From: Spirochaetia bacterium
Lineage (GTDB): Bacteria > Spirochaetota > Spirochaetia > CADAEX01
Reading direction: 5' to 3'
DNA: 64,000 bases
NCBI GenBank assembly: GCA_963662795.1
Contig: OY759746.1
Span: 608,001 to 672,000, forward strand
Shown: positions 20,237-29,520 of the stretch, piece after piece
Position numbering within the stretch: position 1 is the stretch's first letter
How the letters are laid out: every line of letters begins with the position of its first letter
Program-made: the position numbers and the translations under genes
Notes under the pieces: model-generated
The model's input: the letters and a program-made list of their open reading frames with translations, nothing else
Database searches by the model: none
Told to the model about the DNA's origin: nothing

Positions 20237-22282
20237 TTAAATCTTTTTAGTCAGATTGTTTACATTAAGAATAAGGGCTATTCTCCCGTCTCCCATAATT
20301 GTTGCGCCTGAAAATATTTTTGCGTTGCTGAAAACTTTTCCAAGATTTTTAATTACTGTCTGATAATCTCCAATAACCTCATCAACTACAAGTCCGTATT
20401 TTGTGTTTTCTGTGTTAATAATTACAATCTGCTCCCGATCAGGCAGAACTGTTTTGTAACTAAGCAAACCGCGCAGGGAAAGATAAGGGACAAACAAATC
20501 CCTGTAAAGAATTATATTTTTATCACCTTCTTTCTTTTCTTCAGCATTATTCCGGTCTATACAGGCCTCAATACTTGACAGAGGGAGAATATAATGGTCG
20601 TCATCAACTTTAACAAGAAGACCGTCAATTATTGCAAGAGTCAAAGGCAATGAAATAATTACCCTGGTATTCTTCCCCTCTTCCGAGGAAAGGACCACAT
20701 TTCCCTGTAAATTATCAATCTCTTTTTTTACGACATCCATTCCGACACCGCGGCCTGATACTTTTGAGACAGTTTCAGCAGTGGAAAATCCGCTCTGAAA
20801 TACAAGGCTGTAAAGTTTATCATCAGACAATGATTCATCAGGCATCATAAGCCCTCTTTCAGCTGCTTTACGTCTTATAACTTCCCTGCTAATCCCTTTT
20901 CCGTCATCTTCAATTGTGATATTGACATGTCCTCCTGAATGCTCAGCGGAAAGCCTGATTGTTCCGGTTTCATCCTTGCCGGAACTTATTCTGATATCAG
21001 GTCTTTCTATTCCATGATCAATGCTGTTCCTTATTATGTGAACAAGGGGTTCTTTAAGTTTATCCAGCACAGTTTTATCAAGTTCAGTTTCCTCACCGTA
21101 TGTCACAAGCTGTATTTTTTTCCCCAGTTCCGCAGAAAGATCTCTTACAAGACGTCTGAAAATCCCGAAAGTCTGCCCTACCGGAATCATTCTTACCCCA
21201 AGGACAGAATCCCTGAGTTCCTCTGTAAGTCTCTGAAGCGATTCTGCAATGTTGGAAAGTTCATAATTGTTGGTATCGAGAGTATACTGATTAAGCTGCG
21301 CCTGGAGAGTAACAAGTTCTCCCACAAGATTTACAAAATCATCAAGTTTTTCAGTACTTATCTTGATGTTCTGTTTTGCAGTCTGTTTACTGTGGATTTT
21401 TTTCAGGTGCTCCTGTTCAAGAAGCGCCACCTCAAGATCATCCTTTGATACAAGATTCTTTTCAACAAGCTCTTCGCCGATTTTCTTTTTATTTTCAAGA
21501 ATATTATTTATAACATCAGAACTCACAGAGCCCCTGTCAATCAGGATCTCTCCAATTCTGGCTACATCGTCATCATCGGAAATCAGATCGTGGGCCGCTT
21601 CTTCTATTGTAATTTCACAGTCGTTCTCGACAAACAGAAAGACATCCTTTATTTCAGTAATCTTTTTTCCAGTAGTAAGAAACAGATTCCATCCGATATA
21701 ACACTTGTCATTTCTAAGCTCACCAAGTGAAGGCAGCATTACATCATCGACTTCAATTGTAAGAATCCCAAGATCCTTAAGCTCCTTTATAATAAGAAGG
21801 GGATTAACGCCTTTTTTGAAAATGTTCTCATCCGGAAAAAATTTGATCTGATATGTTTTTTCCTTTTGTGATCCGTTATTTTTGGAATTTGCAGGAGCCG
21901 ATCTGTTTTTCCGTTCAGGAGCACCCAGCTTTTCTTCAATTTTTTTAATTTTCTCGTCAACAGAAGGATCTGAATTATTGAGAAGAGAAAAAATAATATC
22001 TCTGGATTCAAGCGCAAGGTTAGCTGTTTCTGATGAAAATGACATTTCCCCGGTTCTTATCCTGTCAAAAACATCTTCCACCATATGTGCAAATTTATAG
22101 ATTTTATCCGCACCTACCATCCCCGCAGAACCCTTAATTGTATGCATTACCCTGAATACGGCATCAAGGTTTGATTTATCATCAGGATTGCTTTCAAGAT
22201 CGAGGAGAAGCCCCTCAAGTTCTGAAAGAAGCTCTTCCGACTCATCAACAAAAGTCTGTTTTATCTGATCAGCTATTTCCAA
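20237..22282 (-). CDS. cheA: Chemotaxis histidine kinase CheA
   Basis: P1 FRVMHTIKG, LVGELV, HIIRNSIDHGIE, SGRGVGMDVV, P5; TTG start at 22282 after AAGGAG. Confidence 0.96.
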   Translation of the reverse strand: MEIADQIKQTFVDESEELLSELEGLLLDLESNPDDKSNLDAVFRVMHTIKGSAGMVGADKIYKFAHMVEDVFDRIRTGEMSFSSETANLALESRDIIFSLLNNSDPSVDEKIKKIEEKLGAPERKNRSAPANSKNNGSQKEKTYQIKFFPDENIFKKGVNPLLIIKELKDLGILTIEVDDVMLPSLGELRNDKCYIGWNLFLTTGKKITEIKDVFLFVENDCEITIEEAAHDLISDDDDVARIGEILIDRGSVSSDVINNILENKKKIGEELVEKNLVSKDDLEVALLEQEHLKKIHSKQTAKQNIKISTEKLDDFVNLVGELVTLQAQLNQYTLDTNNYELSNIAESLQRLTEELRDSVLGVRMIPVGQTFGIFRRLVRDLSAELGKKIQLVTYGEETELDKTVLDKLKEPLVHIIRNSIDHGIERPDIRISSGKDETGTIRLSAEHSGGHVNITIEDDGKGISREVIRRKAAERGLMMPDESLSDDKLYSLVFQSGFSTAETVSKVSGRGVGMDVVKKEIDNLQGNVVLSSEEGKNTRVIISLPLTLAIIDGLLVKVDDDHYILPLSSIEACIDRNNAEEKKEGDKNIILYRDLFVPYLSLRGLLSYKTVLPDREQIVIINTENTKYGLVVDEVIGDYQTVIKNLGKVFSNAKIFSGATIMGDGRIALILNVNNLTKKI

Positions 22283-22646
22283 TTTCAGCTCCTTTTTTAC
22301 CAAGAAAAGGAAATAAAACTTCTGAAATATTCCCTCTTTCAAGAAAACCGCAGTCATAAAGCCTGTTTGAAAACAACTCCTTTAGAGGACCCCTGAATGC
22401 AACCTGAAAATCATTTATCATGCATTCTTTATAAAAGGACAGAAGGATCTGAAGCGAGGAGAGATCTGCATTATTCACCTTCCTGAGATCCAGAGTGATT
22501 TTTGTGTACTCACTTTCAAATACAGATTTAAGTTTTCTGAGAAGTATCTCATTATTGGTAATTTTAAGTTCCGGCGGCAAAGTTAAAACAGCTCCTTTGG
22601 CTGTTTTAACAACTGCTTTACCAGAATCAGCTGTTTTCGCTATCAT
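22269..22646 (-). CDS. STAS domain protein (chemotaxis-cluster associated)
   Basis: ITLDLRKVNNADLSSLQILLS STAS motif; start ATG 22646 overlapping the end of cheW. Confidence 0.8.
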   Translation of the reverse strand: MIAKTADSGKAVVKTAKGAVLTLPPELKITNNEILLRKLKSVFESEYTKITLDLRKVNNADLSSLQILLSFYKECMINDFQVAFRGPLKELFSNRLYDCGFLERGNISEVLFPFLGKKGAEIGNS

Positions 22647-23145
22647 TTTTTTCTTCCTTTGATATATCATTTTTGACTTTCGGAATAAGAATAAGCTCCT
22701 CATTACTTAAAACTCTGTTTATATCAAGAATTATAAGAAACTTGTCATTATGCTGGCACATTCCCTGAATGAAATCAGTCTTGAGATTGAGTCCGATTTT
22801 TGGCGCCGGCTCTATCTGGGCGGATGATATATCAATAACTTCCTGCACAGAATCAACAAATGCGCCGATAAGCATAACATCATCATCTTTTGATTCGATT
22901 TCAAGTATTATTATGCTTGAGTCTATAGTCTGATCTTCCTCTTTTATTCCGAATTTTTTTCTCAGATCAATAACAGGAACAACACTTCCCCTGAGGTTGA
23001 GAACACCTTTCATAAAATCAGGCATTCCCGGCACCCGTGTTATCGGAACAATTTCAAGAACCTCTCTGACACTTAAAACAGACACTGCATAATTTTCACT
23101 ATGAAGTGTAAAAGTAAGATATTGTGACATTTCATTGTTAAGCAT
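22627..23145 (-). CDS. cheW: Chemotaxis coupling protein CheW
   Basis: QYLTFTL, ITRVP, GVLNLRGSVVPVIDLR, VDSVQEV. Confidence 0.96.
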   Translation of the reverse strand: MLNNEMSQYLTFTLHSENYAVSVLSVREVLEIVPITRVPGMPDFMKGVLNLRGSVVPVIDLRKKFGIKEEDQTIDSSIIILEIESKDDDVMLIGAFVDSVQEVIDISSAQIEPAPKIGLNLKTDFIQGMCQHNDKFLIILDINRVLSNEELILIPKVKNDISKEEKNDSENS

Positions 23146-23431
23146 ATTTTCATCTCCATTCAGTTTTATATAAAATACTTTGATTACAGAAAAGCAGGAT
23201 ATTACTGCCCCCGATAATTTATCAGGTCAAAAACTTTAAACTCCGTAAAATCTTTTTTACATCAAATATCAGTATAAAGTCCTTATATATCAATATAGTT
23301 AATTTTATCAAATCAAATCCATTTTTTTTATTTTTTAAACTTTTTTTATTTTCTAAATTAAACAGATCCTGTTTCTTTATGCTATTTTATATCTATCTTT
23401 CAGTGAAATATAAAAACATGTGAGGAAAATT

Positions 23432-25447
23432 ATGAAAAACATGAAACTTGCATTAAAAATGTTTATCGGTTTTGGTGCAACAATACTAATTGTGTCTCTT
23501 GTGGGTCTTATCGCTGTTATTAATATGCAGAGAATAAAAAACAGCACAGAAATTCTCAATAATGAATATCTGCCGGAAGTTGAGATTGCAAACAATCTGG
23601 AAAGAAATGCTCTCCAGACAATGTTCAACATGAGAGGATACAGCCTTAATTTCAGCGACAGCTACCTGTCAGCCGGAATGGATTTCTTTGGAAAGGTTAA
23701 AGAAAATTACAAGGAAGCAGTCGCTCTCTCAGAAAAGGCAGATAATCTGACAAAGCTTAAAGAACAGGCCTCTGTGATAAACGAAGAAATAAAAACCTAT
23801 GAAAAAGAAACTTCTACAACTGTTGAAACAATTAATAAGATAAAAGAACTCAGAACAGAACTTGATAATGAGGCCCCTTTATTCATGAAAAACTGTGAAG
23901 ATTATCTTGAAAGCCAGGATATAAAAATCAAAGAGGAAATAGATTCCGGTAAATCACGGAATGCTTTGAAGGAAAGGGTTTTCAAGATGAAACTCATGAA
24001 CGAGGTTATTGATCACATAAACAGTGTAAGGCTAAGCAACTTCAAGGCCCAGCTTCTGGTTGACTACAAGATAATGGAAGAAGGAATAAGCAATTTTGAA
24101 TATATCTATAAAACTCTTGCTGAAATCCGCAAAATAACTTTCCAGAAAGCAAATATTGAACAGCTGGATCGTATCGAAACATCCGGGAATACATACAAAA
24201 AAGGGATGGAGGAAATCCTGTCGCTTTATAAAAAACTCGCAGAATTAAACAAAGTCCGGAACGAAGCAGCCCTTAATGTTCTTGAAGGTTCAAAGAATCT
24301 TTCCGTTGCAGGAGTATCAAACACTCTGGGAAAAAACAGCTCAGCCCTCAGGCTGATAATATCCTCAACAGTGATTGTTGTAGCAGGCCTCCTTGCAGCT
24401 CTTGCAATATCAATAGTTATTGCAGTTTTTCTCACAAGAATGATAACTGTATCACTCAATAAAGGAGTTATTTTTGCCCAATCCATTGCGAAAGGAGATC
24501 TTACATCAGTAATTGATCTTGATCAGAAAGATGAAATAGGAGTTCTTGCTGCATCTCTAAATGAAATGTCTTCAAAACTCAAGGGAATAATGGAAAATAT
24601 TATTTCAAGTTCCAGAGATGTTGCGCAGGGGGGGGATGAGCTTAAAAATCTTGCAATGAATATATCCTCAGGAGCAAGCGAGCAGGCATCATCCAGCGAA
24701 GAGGTAGCCTCATCAATAGAGGAAATGGCTGCAAACATAAAGCAGAATACTGGAAATGCGTCCATGACAAGCGATATAGCTGACAAGGTTGCAAAAGATG
24801 CAAAAGTGAGCGGCGATGTTGTAAAGGAAGCAGTTGAATCAATTAAAAAAATATCGGAAAAGATAGAAGTAATTGACAATATATCAAGACAGACAAACAT
24901 GCTTGCCCTTAATGCAGCAATTGAAGCTGCACGGGCAGGAGAACACGGGAAAGGCTTTGCGGTAGTCGCATCGGAAGTAAGAAAGCTTGCCGAAAACAGC
25001 CAGAAAGCGGCAATTGAAATAATGGAACTCTCATCCCACACTGTAAATAAAGCAGTTACTGCAGGGAAAATGCTGGAAGAGCTTGTTCCTGAGATTATCA
25101 AGACATCAGATCTTATAAAAGAAATCAGCAGCGCAAGTTCTGAACAGGAAAAAGGTGTGGATCAGATGAATATAGCCATCAATCAGCTTAATGAAGTAGT
25201 CCAGACAAACGCATCGTCGAGCGAAGAAATGGCCGCAACTTCTGAAGAACTTAATGCAAAATCCGATTTTATGCTTCAGACAGTGAGCTTTTTCAAAATA
25301 GGAAAAAATACCGGCAGCAGAAAAAATCAGAAAAGCACAGGGAAAAAAGAAGATACCAATATAAGAGACAAAAAATCCGAGAAAAAAGAGGACTATGATA
25401 CTGGAAACGACTTCCCCGACCAGGAAGGCGGGTTTAAGGAATTTTAG
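23432..25447 (+). CDS. Methyl-accepting chemotaxis protein with helical periplasmic sensor, HAMP and C-terminal pentapeptide
   Basis: Two TMs, [46 protein letters not shown], ends GFKEF; start ATG 23432 after GAGG. Confidence 0.95.
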   Translation: MKNMKLALKMFIGFGATILIVSLVGLIAVINMQRIKNSTEILNNEYLPEVEIANNLERNALQTMFNMRGYSLNFSDSYLSAGMDFFGKVKENYKEAVALSEKADNLTKLKEQASVINEEIKTYEKETSTTVETINKIKELRTELDNEAPLFMKNCEDYLESQDIKIKEEIDSGKSRNALKERVFKMKLMNEVIDHINSVRLSNFKAQLLVDYKIMEEGISNFEYIYKTLAEIRKITFQKANIEQLDRIETSGNTYKKGMEEILSLYKKLAELNKVRNEAALNVLEGSKNLSVAGVSNTLGKNSSALRLIISSTVIVVAGLLAALAISIVIAVFLTRMITVSLNKGVIFAQSIAKGDLTSVIDLDQKDEIGVLAASLNEMSSKLKGIMENIISSSRDVAQGGDELKNLAMNISSGASEQASSSEEVASSIEEMAANIKQNTGNASMTSDIADKVAKDAKVSGDVVKEAVESIKKISEKIEVIDNISRQTNMLALNAAIEAARAGEHGKGFAVVASEVRKLAENSQKAAIEIMELSSHTVNKAVTAGKMLEELVPEIIKTSDLIKEISSASSEQEKGVDQMNIAINQLNEVVQTNASSSEEMAATSEELNAKSDFMLQTVSFFKIGKNTGSRKNQKSTGKKEDTNIRDKKSEKKEDYDTGNDFPDQEGGFKEF

Positions 25448-25461
25448 GCAGAATTAATCCT

Positions 25462-25491
25462 ATCCCGGCAGTTTTTTATATCTGCCGGGAT
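25462..25491 (+). terminator. Terminator-like hairpin after MCP
   Basis: ATCCCGGCAG...CTGCCGGGAT. Confidence 0.6.
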
Positions 25492-25673
25492 AAATAATCA
25501 TAGTCTTTAAAATGCCTGGCAATGCAGCAGAAGAATATTATTCAAAGGCTGTGCAATCAGGCAGACCAAAAATCCAGAATCTGAAAAGACGTATTACCAT
25601 ATACGCAAAACCTGATAATTGTACATAAATGAATCGGTTTTCATCTGCATCTTACAGGGAGGAAAAAGGCAGA

Positions 25674-26075
25674 ATGATAGCAACAGATAATAAAGCTGAT
25701 AAAAAAAGTAAAATATTGATAATGGATGATGATGATTTTATACTTGATATTTTGACAGAAATGCTTGATTTGCTGGGACACACAGCTGTAGCAGCAACAG
25801 AAGGGGATGAAGCACTGAGGATTATAGAATCATCATATAAAAAAGGTGAAATATTTGCTGCCTGCATACTGGATCTTGCAATACCGGGAGGGAAAGGAGG
25901 ACTTGATATAGTCAAGGAAATCAGAAGTATCTCGGAAAAAACAGAAATTATTGCTTTAAGCGGATATACAGAAAATCCTGTAATTGAATTCCCTGAAAAA
26001 TATGGATTCAGCGGCAGCCTGAGGAAACCTTTCAAACTTGATGAATTTTCTGAAATTATCAGAAGGTATGTCTAA
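25674..26075 (+). CDS. Stand-alone response regulator receiver domain
   Basis: ILIMDDD, LDLAIPGG, ALSGY, KPF; resembles the C-terminal receiver of hybrid kinases; GGAGG upstream. Confidence 0.8.
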   Translation: MIATDNKADKKSKILIMDDDDFILDILTEMLDLLGHTAVAATEGDEALRIIESSYKKGEIFAACILDLAIPGGKGGLDIVKEIRSISEKTEIIALSGYTENPVIEFPEKYGFSGSLRKPFKLDEFSEIIRRYV

Positions 26076-26169
26076 ATTCCCCCCCAACAAGCATTACACC
26101 TAATAAAAATTATAAATTCTACGATAATTAAATATAGTTCTATATATTTAATTATCAGGAATTTGGATA

Positions 26170-26862
26170 ATGATTAAGATACTTATAGTTGAAGATGATC
26201 CCATGGTAATTGAAATAACAAAATCCTTTATTGATAAAATATCCGGATACACTATCTCCGGGGAGTGCAGAGGCGGGATATCTGCACTTGAATTTTTAAA
26301 AAAAAATGATGTAGATCTTATCATGGCAGATATATCCATGCCGAATATGGACGGGTTAACCTTTGTTAAGGAACTCCGGAAAGAACAGAATAATTCAGAT
26401 ATAATATTTGTTACAGCATTAAATGACTCAGAAACAATTAAAACCGCATTAAAATACGGAGCGGTAGACTATATTGTAAAACCATATGATTTTAATCGCT
26501 TTAAAAAAACAATGGAATCCTACAAAGACCGGTTTAATACATTAAACCGGAAAAACAGTATAGAGCAGAGTGATATCGACAGGATAACCAACATAGAAAG
26601 TACTAATAATACAACATCAGAACTTCCCAAGGGAATTCATTCATCAACACTCAAAAAAGTCCTTAAGACTTTTGATGATTCTGATCCTGATATGGAACTT
26701 ACCATAGAATACTTTTCAAGTATTTTAAAAATGAGTGTAGTTTCACTGCGCCATTATATGGACTATCTATGTTCTGAAGGTATAATTGAGTACGATACAA
26801 AATACGGAACAGTAGGAAGACCAAAATATCTCTATCGTAGAACCAATAAACCAGCTGAATAG
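26170..26862 (+). CDS. CitB/DctR-family response regulator
   Basis: VEDDPMV, DY.VKPY.F.R, LPKGI...TL, YGTVGRP..Y C-terminal motif. Confidence 0.88.
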   Translation: MIKILIVEDDPMVIEITKSFIDKISGYTISGECRGGISALEFLKKNDVDLIMADISMPNMDGLTFVKELRKEQNNSDIIFVTALNDSETIKTALKYGAVDYIVKPYDFNRFKKTMESYKDRFNTLNRKNSIEQSDIDRITNIESTNNTTSELPKGIHSSTLKKVLKTFDDSDPDMELTIEYFSSILKMSVVSLRHYMDYLCSEGIIEYDTKYGTVGRPKYLYRRTNKPAE

Positions 26863-26868
26863 GAAAAA

Positions 26869-29055
26869 TTACAACTGTTTATTAATTTTTTCAATTATCT
26901 TGTCAAATTTAATAATAGAAAAAGGCTTCTGCAGTGTGATACAGCCATCATTTATCATTTCCGCTATATCGTTTTCATTAGTGCTATAACCAGATGACAG
27001 GATAACCTTTTGATCCGGTTTTATTGATTTTATTTTATCATAAACTTCTTTTCCGCTTATATCAGGCATCATATAGTCAAGAACAACTAAATCAATGTTA
27101 CTATATCTGTTACTGAAATATCCCAGACCGTCCAATCCGTTGTTGACCAATTTAACAATATGGCCGGAATCTTCAAGATGTTCCTTCAGCATAATTGAAT
27201 ACTCAATATTATCATCAATAATCAAAACAGATAACTGATTTTGAAAGTGCCGGCTGGATTCGTTTTTATTATCGTTAATAGTGATTTCTGATTTGCTTAT
27301 CCATGGCAAATATATAATAAATTCAGTCCCAATATTGACTTCTGATTTTACTTCAATGGCTCCATCATGGCTTTTTATTATACCGAATACTGAAGCAAGA
27401 CCCATTCCCGTTCCTTTGCCTACTTTTTTTGTAGTAAAAAATGGTTCAAAGATCCTGCCAAGAGTTTCAGCGGTCATTCCTGAACCATTATCAGTTATTC
27501 TTAATTTAACATAATTCCCGGGACCTACCTCAAAACCATGCTGAAGTTCTTTTCTGGTTTCAATATTTATCAATCCAATCTCAAAAAATATTTCACCTGT
27601 TCCATGTATTGCGTCTTTTGAGTTCAGGGCAATATTAAGTACAGCATTCTGGATATTTGTATAATCTCCGTTTATATTTGCATCCAGAAGATTAAGCTCT
27701 TTTTTAATTTTAACCCGTTTATCAAGGGAATGATTTAAAATATCTATTACATCCTCAACAACAGGAACAAGATTAATAACTTGTTTTTTATAATTCCCTA
27801 TCCTGGCAAAAGACAGAAGCTGCTTTGTCAGAACAGAGCTGTTTTGAACAGATTTTATTATTTTTCCAATATAATTTTTAAGCTGCTGATCAGTAATTTT
27901 ACTGCTTAAAAGTTCTGAATACCCTAAAATTGAGGATAACTGATTGTTGAAATCATGCGCAATTCCTCCGGAAAGCTGACCTATCGACTCCATCTTCTGA
28001 CTTTGAAACATTTTCCTTTCAAATAATTCTTTTTCCTCTTCCTGTTTCTTCAACTCTGTAATATCCTGAACAATGCCTATGGCTTTACAAATTTTTCCAT
28101 TATCATCACATATATGTACACACTTTTCAAAAACAAATCTTGTCTCTCCTGTTGTCTGGTTTATTATCCGATGCCGAAGCTCATAAGATTCACGATTGTT
28201 TTCCAGGGATTGTTCGTATTTATCATTTACTGATTTTATATCTTCCGGATGTACCATTCTTAAGAAGAATTCATAGTTTATTTCCCTTGATTTATCATCA
28301 ATACCGAAAATTCTGTAAGTTTCTTCTGACCAAATCAGTTTATTGTCAGCTAAATTCAATTCCCATGATCCTGTATGGGATATTTTCTGTGTTTCAGTTA
28401 ATAAAAAAGTCTTATCTTTAATTTCATTTAGTGTTCTAATAAGATCCTCTTTGTTTTTCTTGTAATAAATAAAAATAAAACTGAACGCTATTGCAAATTC
28501 AAATAATGCGCCAAGAAAAAATCCGATCGGGGCAAACCATACTGATGTTCCTAAAAACGGATAATTCATTTTATGTATGCCCCATAAAATGAATGTTACA
28601 CCAGCTATTTTATGCTCAGTATTATTTATAGTTTTATCTTTAAATAATATAACCCCTGTTTCGATATATATAATTCCCATAAACAAAAAAGTAGGAAGCG
28701 TAATATAAAGATATGAGAAATGCAGAACTACACCCGAAATTATCCATATCTGTAGAATAATATAAATAATACCCCATTTTTTTACTGTTTTTTTGTCAAG
28801 AAATAATAAAGTCCCGTATAACAAAAAAATTCCGCTTAACAATGAGGCTGATTGCTCTATGCTTATTAAAAAATGTGTTGGGGAATATTTCTGTATTAAA
28901 AATGAAAACATAAAGCGGAAAGCATATAGCCACCAGCTGATGGCCCATATTTTTAAATAGTCTTTTCTTTCATTTAAATAAAGAAACGAGTAAACAAATG
29001 AAATTGCCAGAGTCCCTATCAATGTTGATACGATTGCCGGTAATATCCAATTCAT
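26869..29055 (-). CDS. Multi-TM PAS hybrid histidine kinase
   Basis: ~7 N-terminal TMs, PAS_3 (GSWE..L, VHPED), GGIAHDFNN, GTGMGL, receiver LDYMMP. Confidence 0.92.
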   Translation of the reverse strand: MNWILPAIVSTLIGTLAISFVYSFLYLNERKDYLKIWAISWWLYAFRFMFSFLIQKYSPTHFLISIEQSASLLSGIFLLYGTLLFLDKKTVKKWGIIYIILQIWIISGVVLHFSYLYITLPTFLFMGIIYIETGVILFKDKTINNTEHKIAGVTFILWGIHKMNYPFLGTSVWFAPIGFFLGALFEFAIAFSFIFIYYKKNKEDLIRTLNEIKDKTFLLTETQKISHTGSWELNLADNKLIWSEETYRIFGIDDKSREINYEFFLRMVHPEDIKSVNDKYEQSLENNRESYELRHRIINQTTGETRFVFEKCVHICDDNGKICKAIGIVQDITELKKQEEEKELFERKMFQSQKMESIGQLSGGIAHDFNNQLSSILGYSELLSSKITDQQLKNYIGKIIKSVQNSSVLTKQLLSFARIGNYKKQVINLVPVVEDVIDILNHSLDKRVKIKKELNLLDANINGDYTNIQNAVLNIALNSKDAIHGTGEIFFEIGLINIETRKELQHGFEVGPGNYVKLRITDNGSGMTAETLGRIFEPFFTTKKVGKGTGMGLASVFGIIKSHDGAIEVKSEVNIGTEFIIYLPWISKSEITINDNKNESSRHFQNQLSVLIIDDNIEYSIMLKEHLEDSGHIVKLVNNGLDGLGYFSNRYSNIDLVVLDYMMPDISGKEVYDKIKSIKPDQKVILSSGYSTNENDIAEMINDGCITLQKPFSIIKFDKIIEKINKQL

Positions 29056-29228
29056 TATAATCCTTAATCTTTTTATGTATGCACTCTGGAATTATCTTTG
29101 AGCTGCAAAACATAAATCCCCAGATATGTTCAAATTGTTTTATGATGGAAACTTTTTTTTCAATAATATGTTAATGTATATTGCCGGTATTTGCTACAAA
29201 AAAATTAAAATGACTAAAGCAGATATCT

Positions 29229-29258
29229 AAAAAAAACACCCTAATAGAAGGGTGTTTA
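29229..29258 (-). terminator. Rho-independent terminator of the small TPR-like gene
   Basis: AAACACCCT..AGGGTGTTT stem followed by a T-run on the minus strand. Confidence 0.7.
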
Positions 29259-29261
29259 TAT

Positions 29262-29390
29262 TTACATGATTTTACCTGTTTTCTCAGATAAATCCCTTGC
29301 TTTCCTGAAAAGCTGTTCAGCTGTACTGTAATCACCTGCCTGCATCATTTCCATTCCTCTCTCAAAAAGTTCAGTTATGTTTTTTTCCAT
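29262..29390 (-). CDS. 42-aa small protein, single TPR-like helical hairpin (not in ORF track)
   Basis: MEKNITELFERGMEMMQAGDYSTAEQLFRKARDLSEKTGKIM; AGAGGAG RBS upstream, terminator immediately downstream. Confidence 0.7.
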   Translation of the reverse strand: MEKNITELFERGMEMMQAGDYSTAEQLFRKARDLSEKTGKIM

Positions 29391-29520
29391 TATTAGTAGC
29401 TCCTCTTATAGTCTATCTTGTATATCGGGAAAAAAAATAAATATTAAAGGTTTTTAGCAGTTTTTTTATAATATATTTCATAATTTCAAATGCTGTTCAT
29501 TGCTGGGATGTAAAAAAATA

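Noticed and set aside
25512-25628. 38-aa ORF (MPGNAAEEYYSKAVQSG...) after the MCP terminator
   Set aside because: No RBS and no recognisable motif
29229-29258. Similarity of this hairpin to the tRNA terminator at 32571-32600 as evidence of a second, nested att site
   Set aside because: No GGGCCCAC tRNA fragment follows it; it is sufficiently explained as the small gene's terminator
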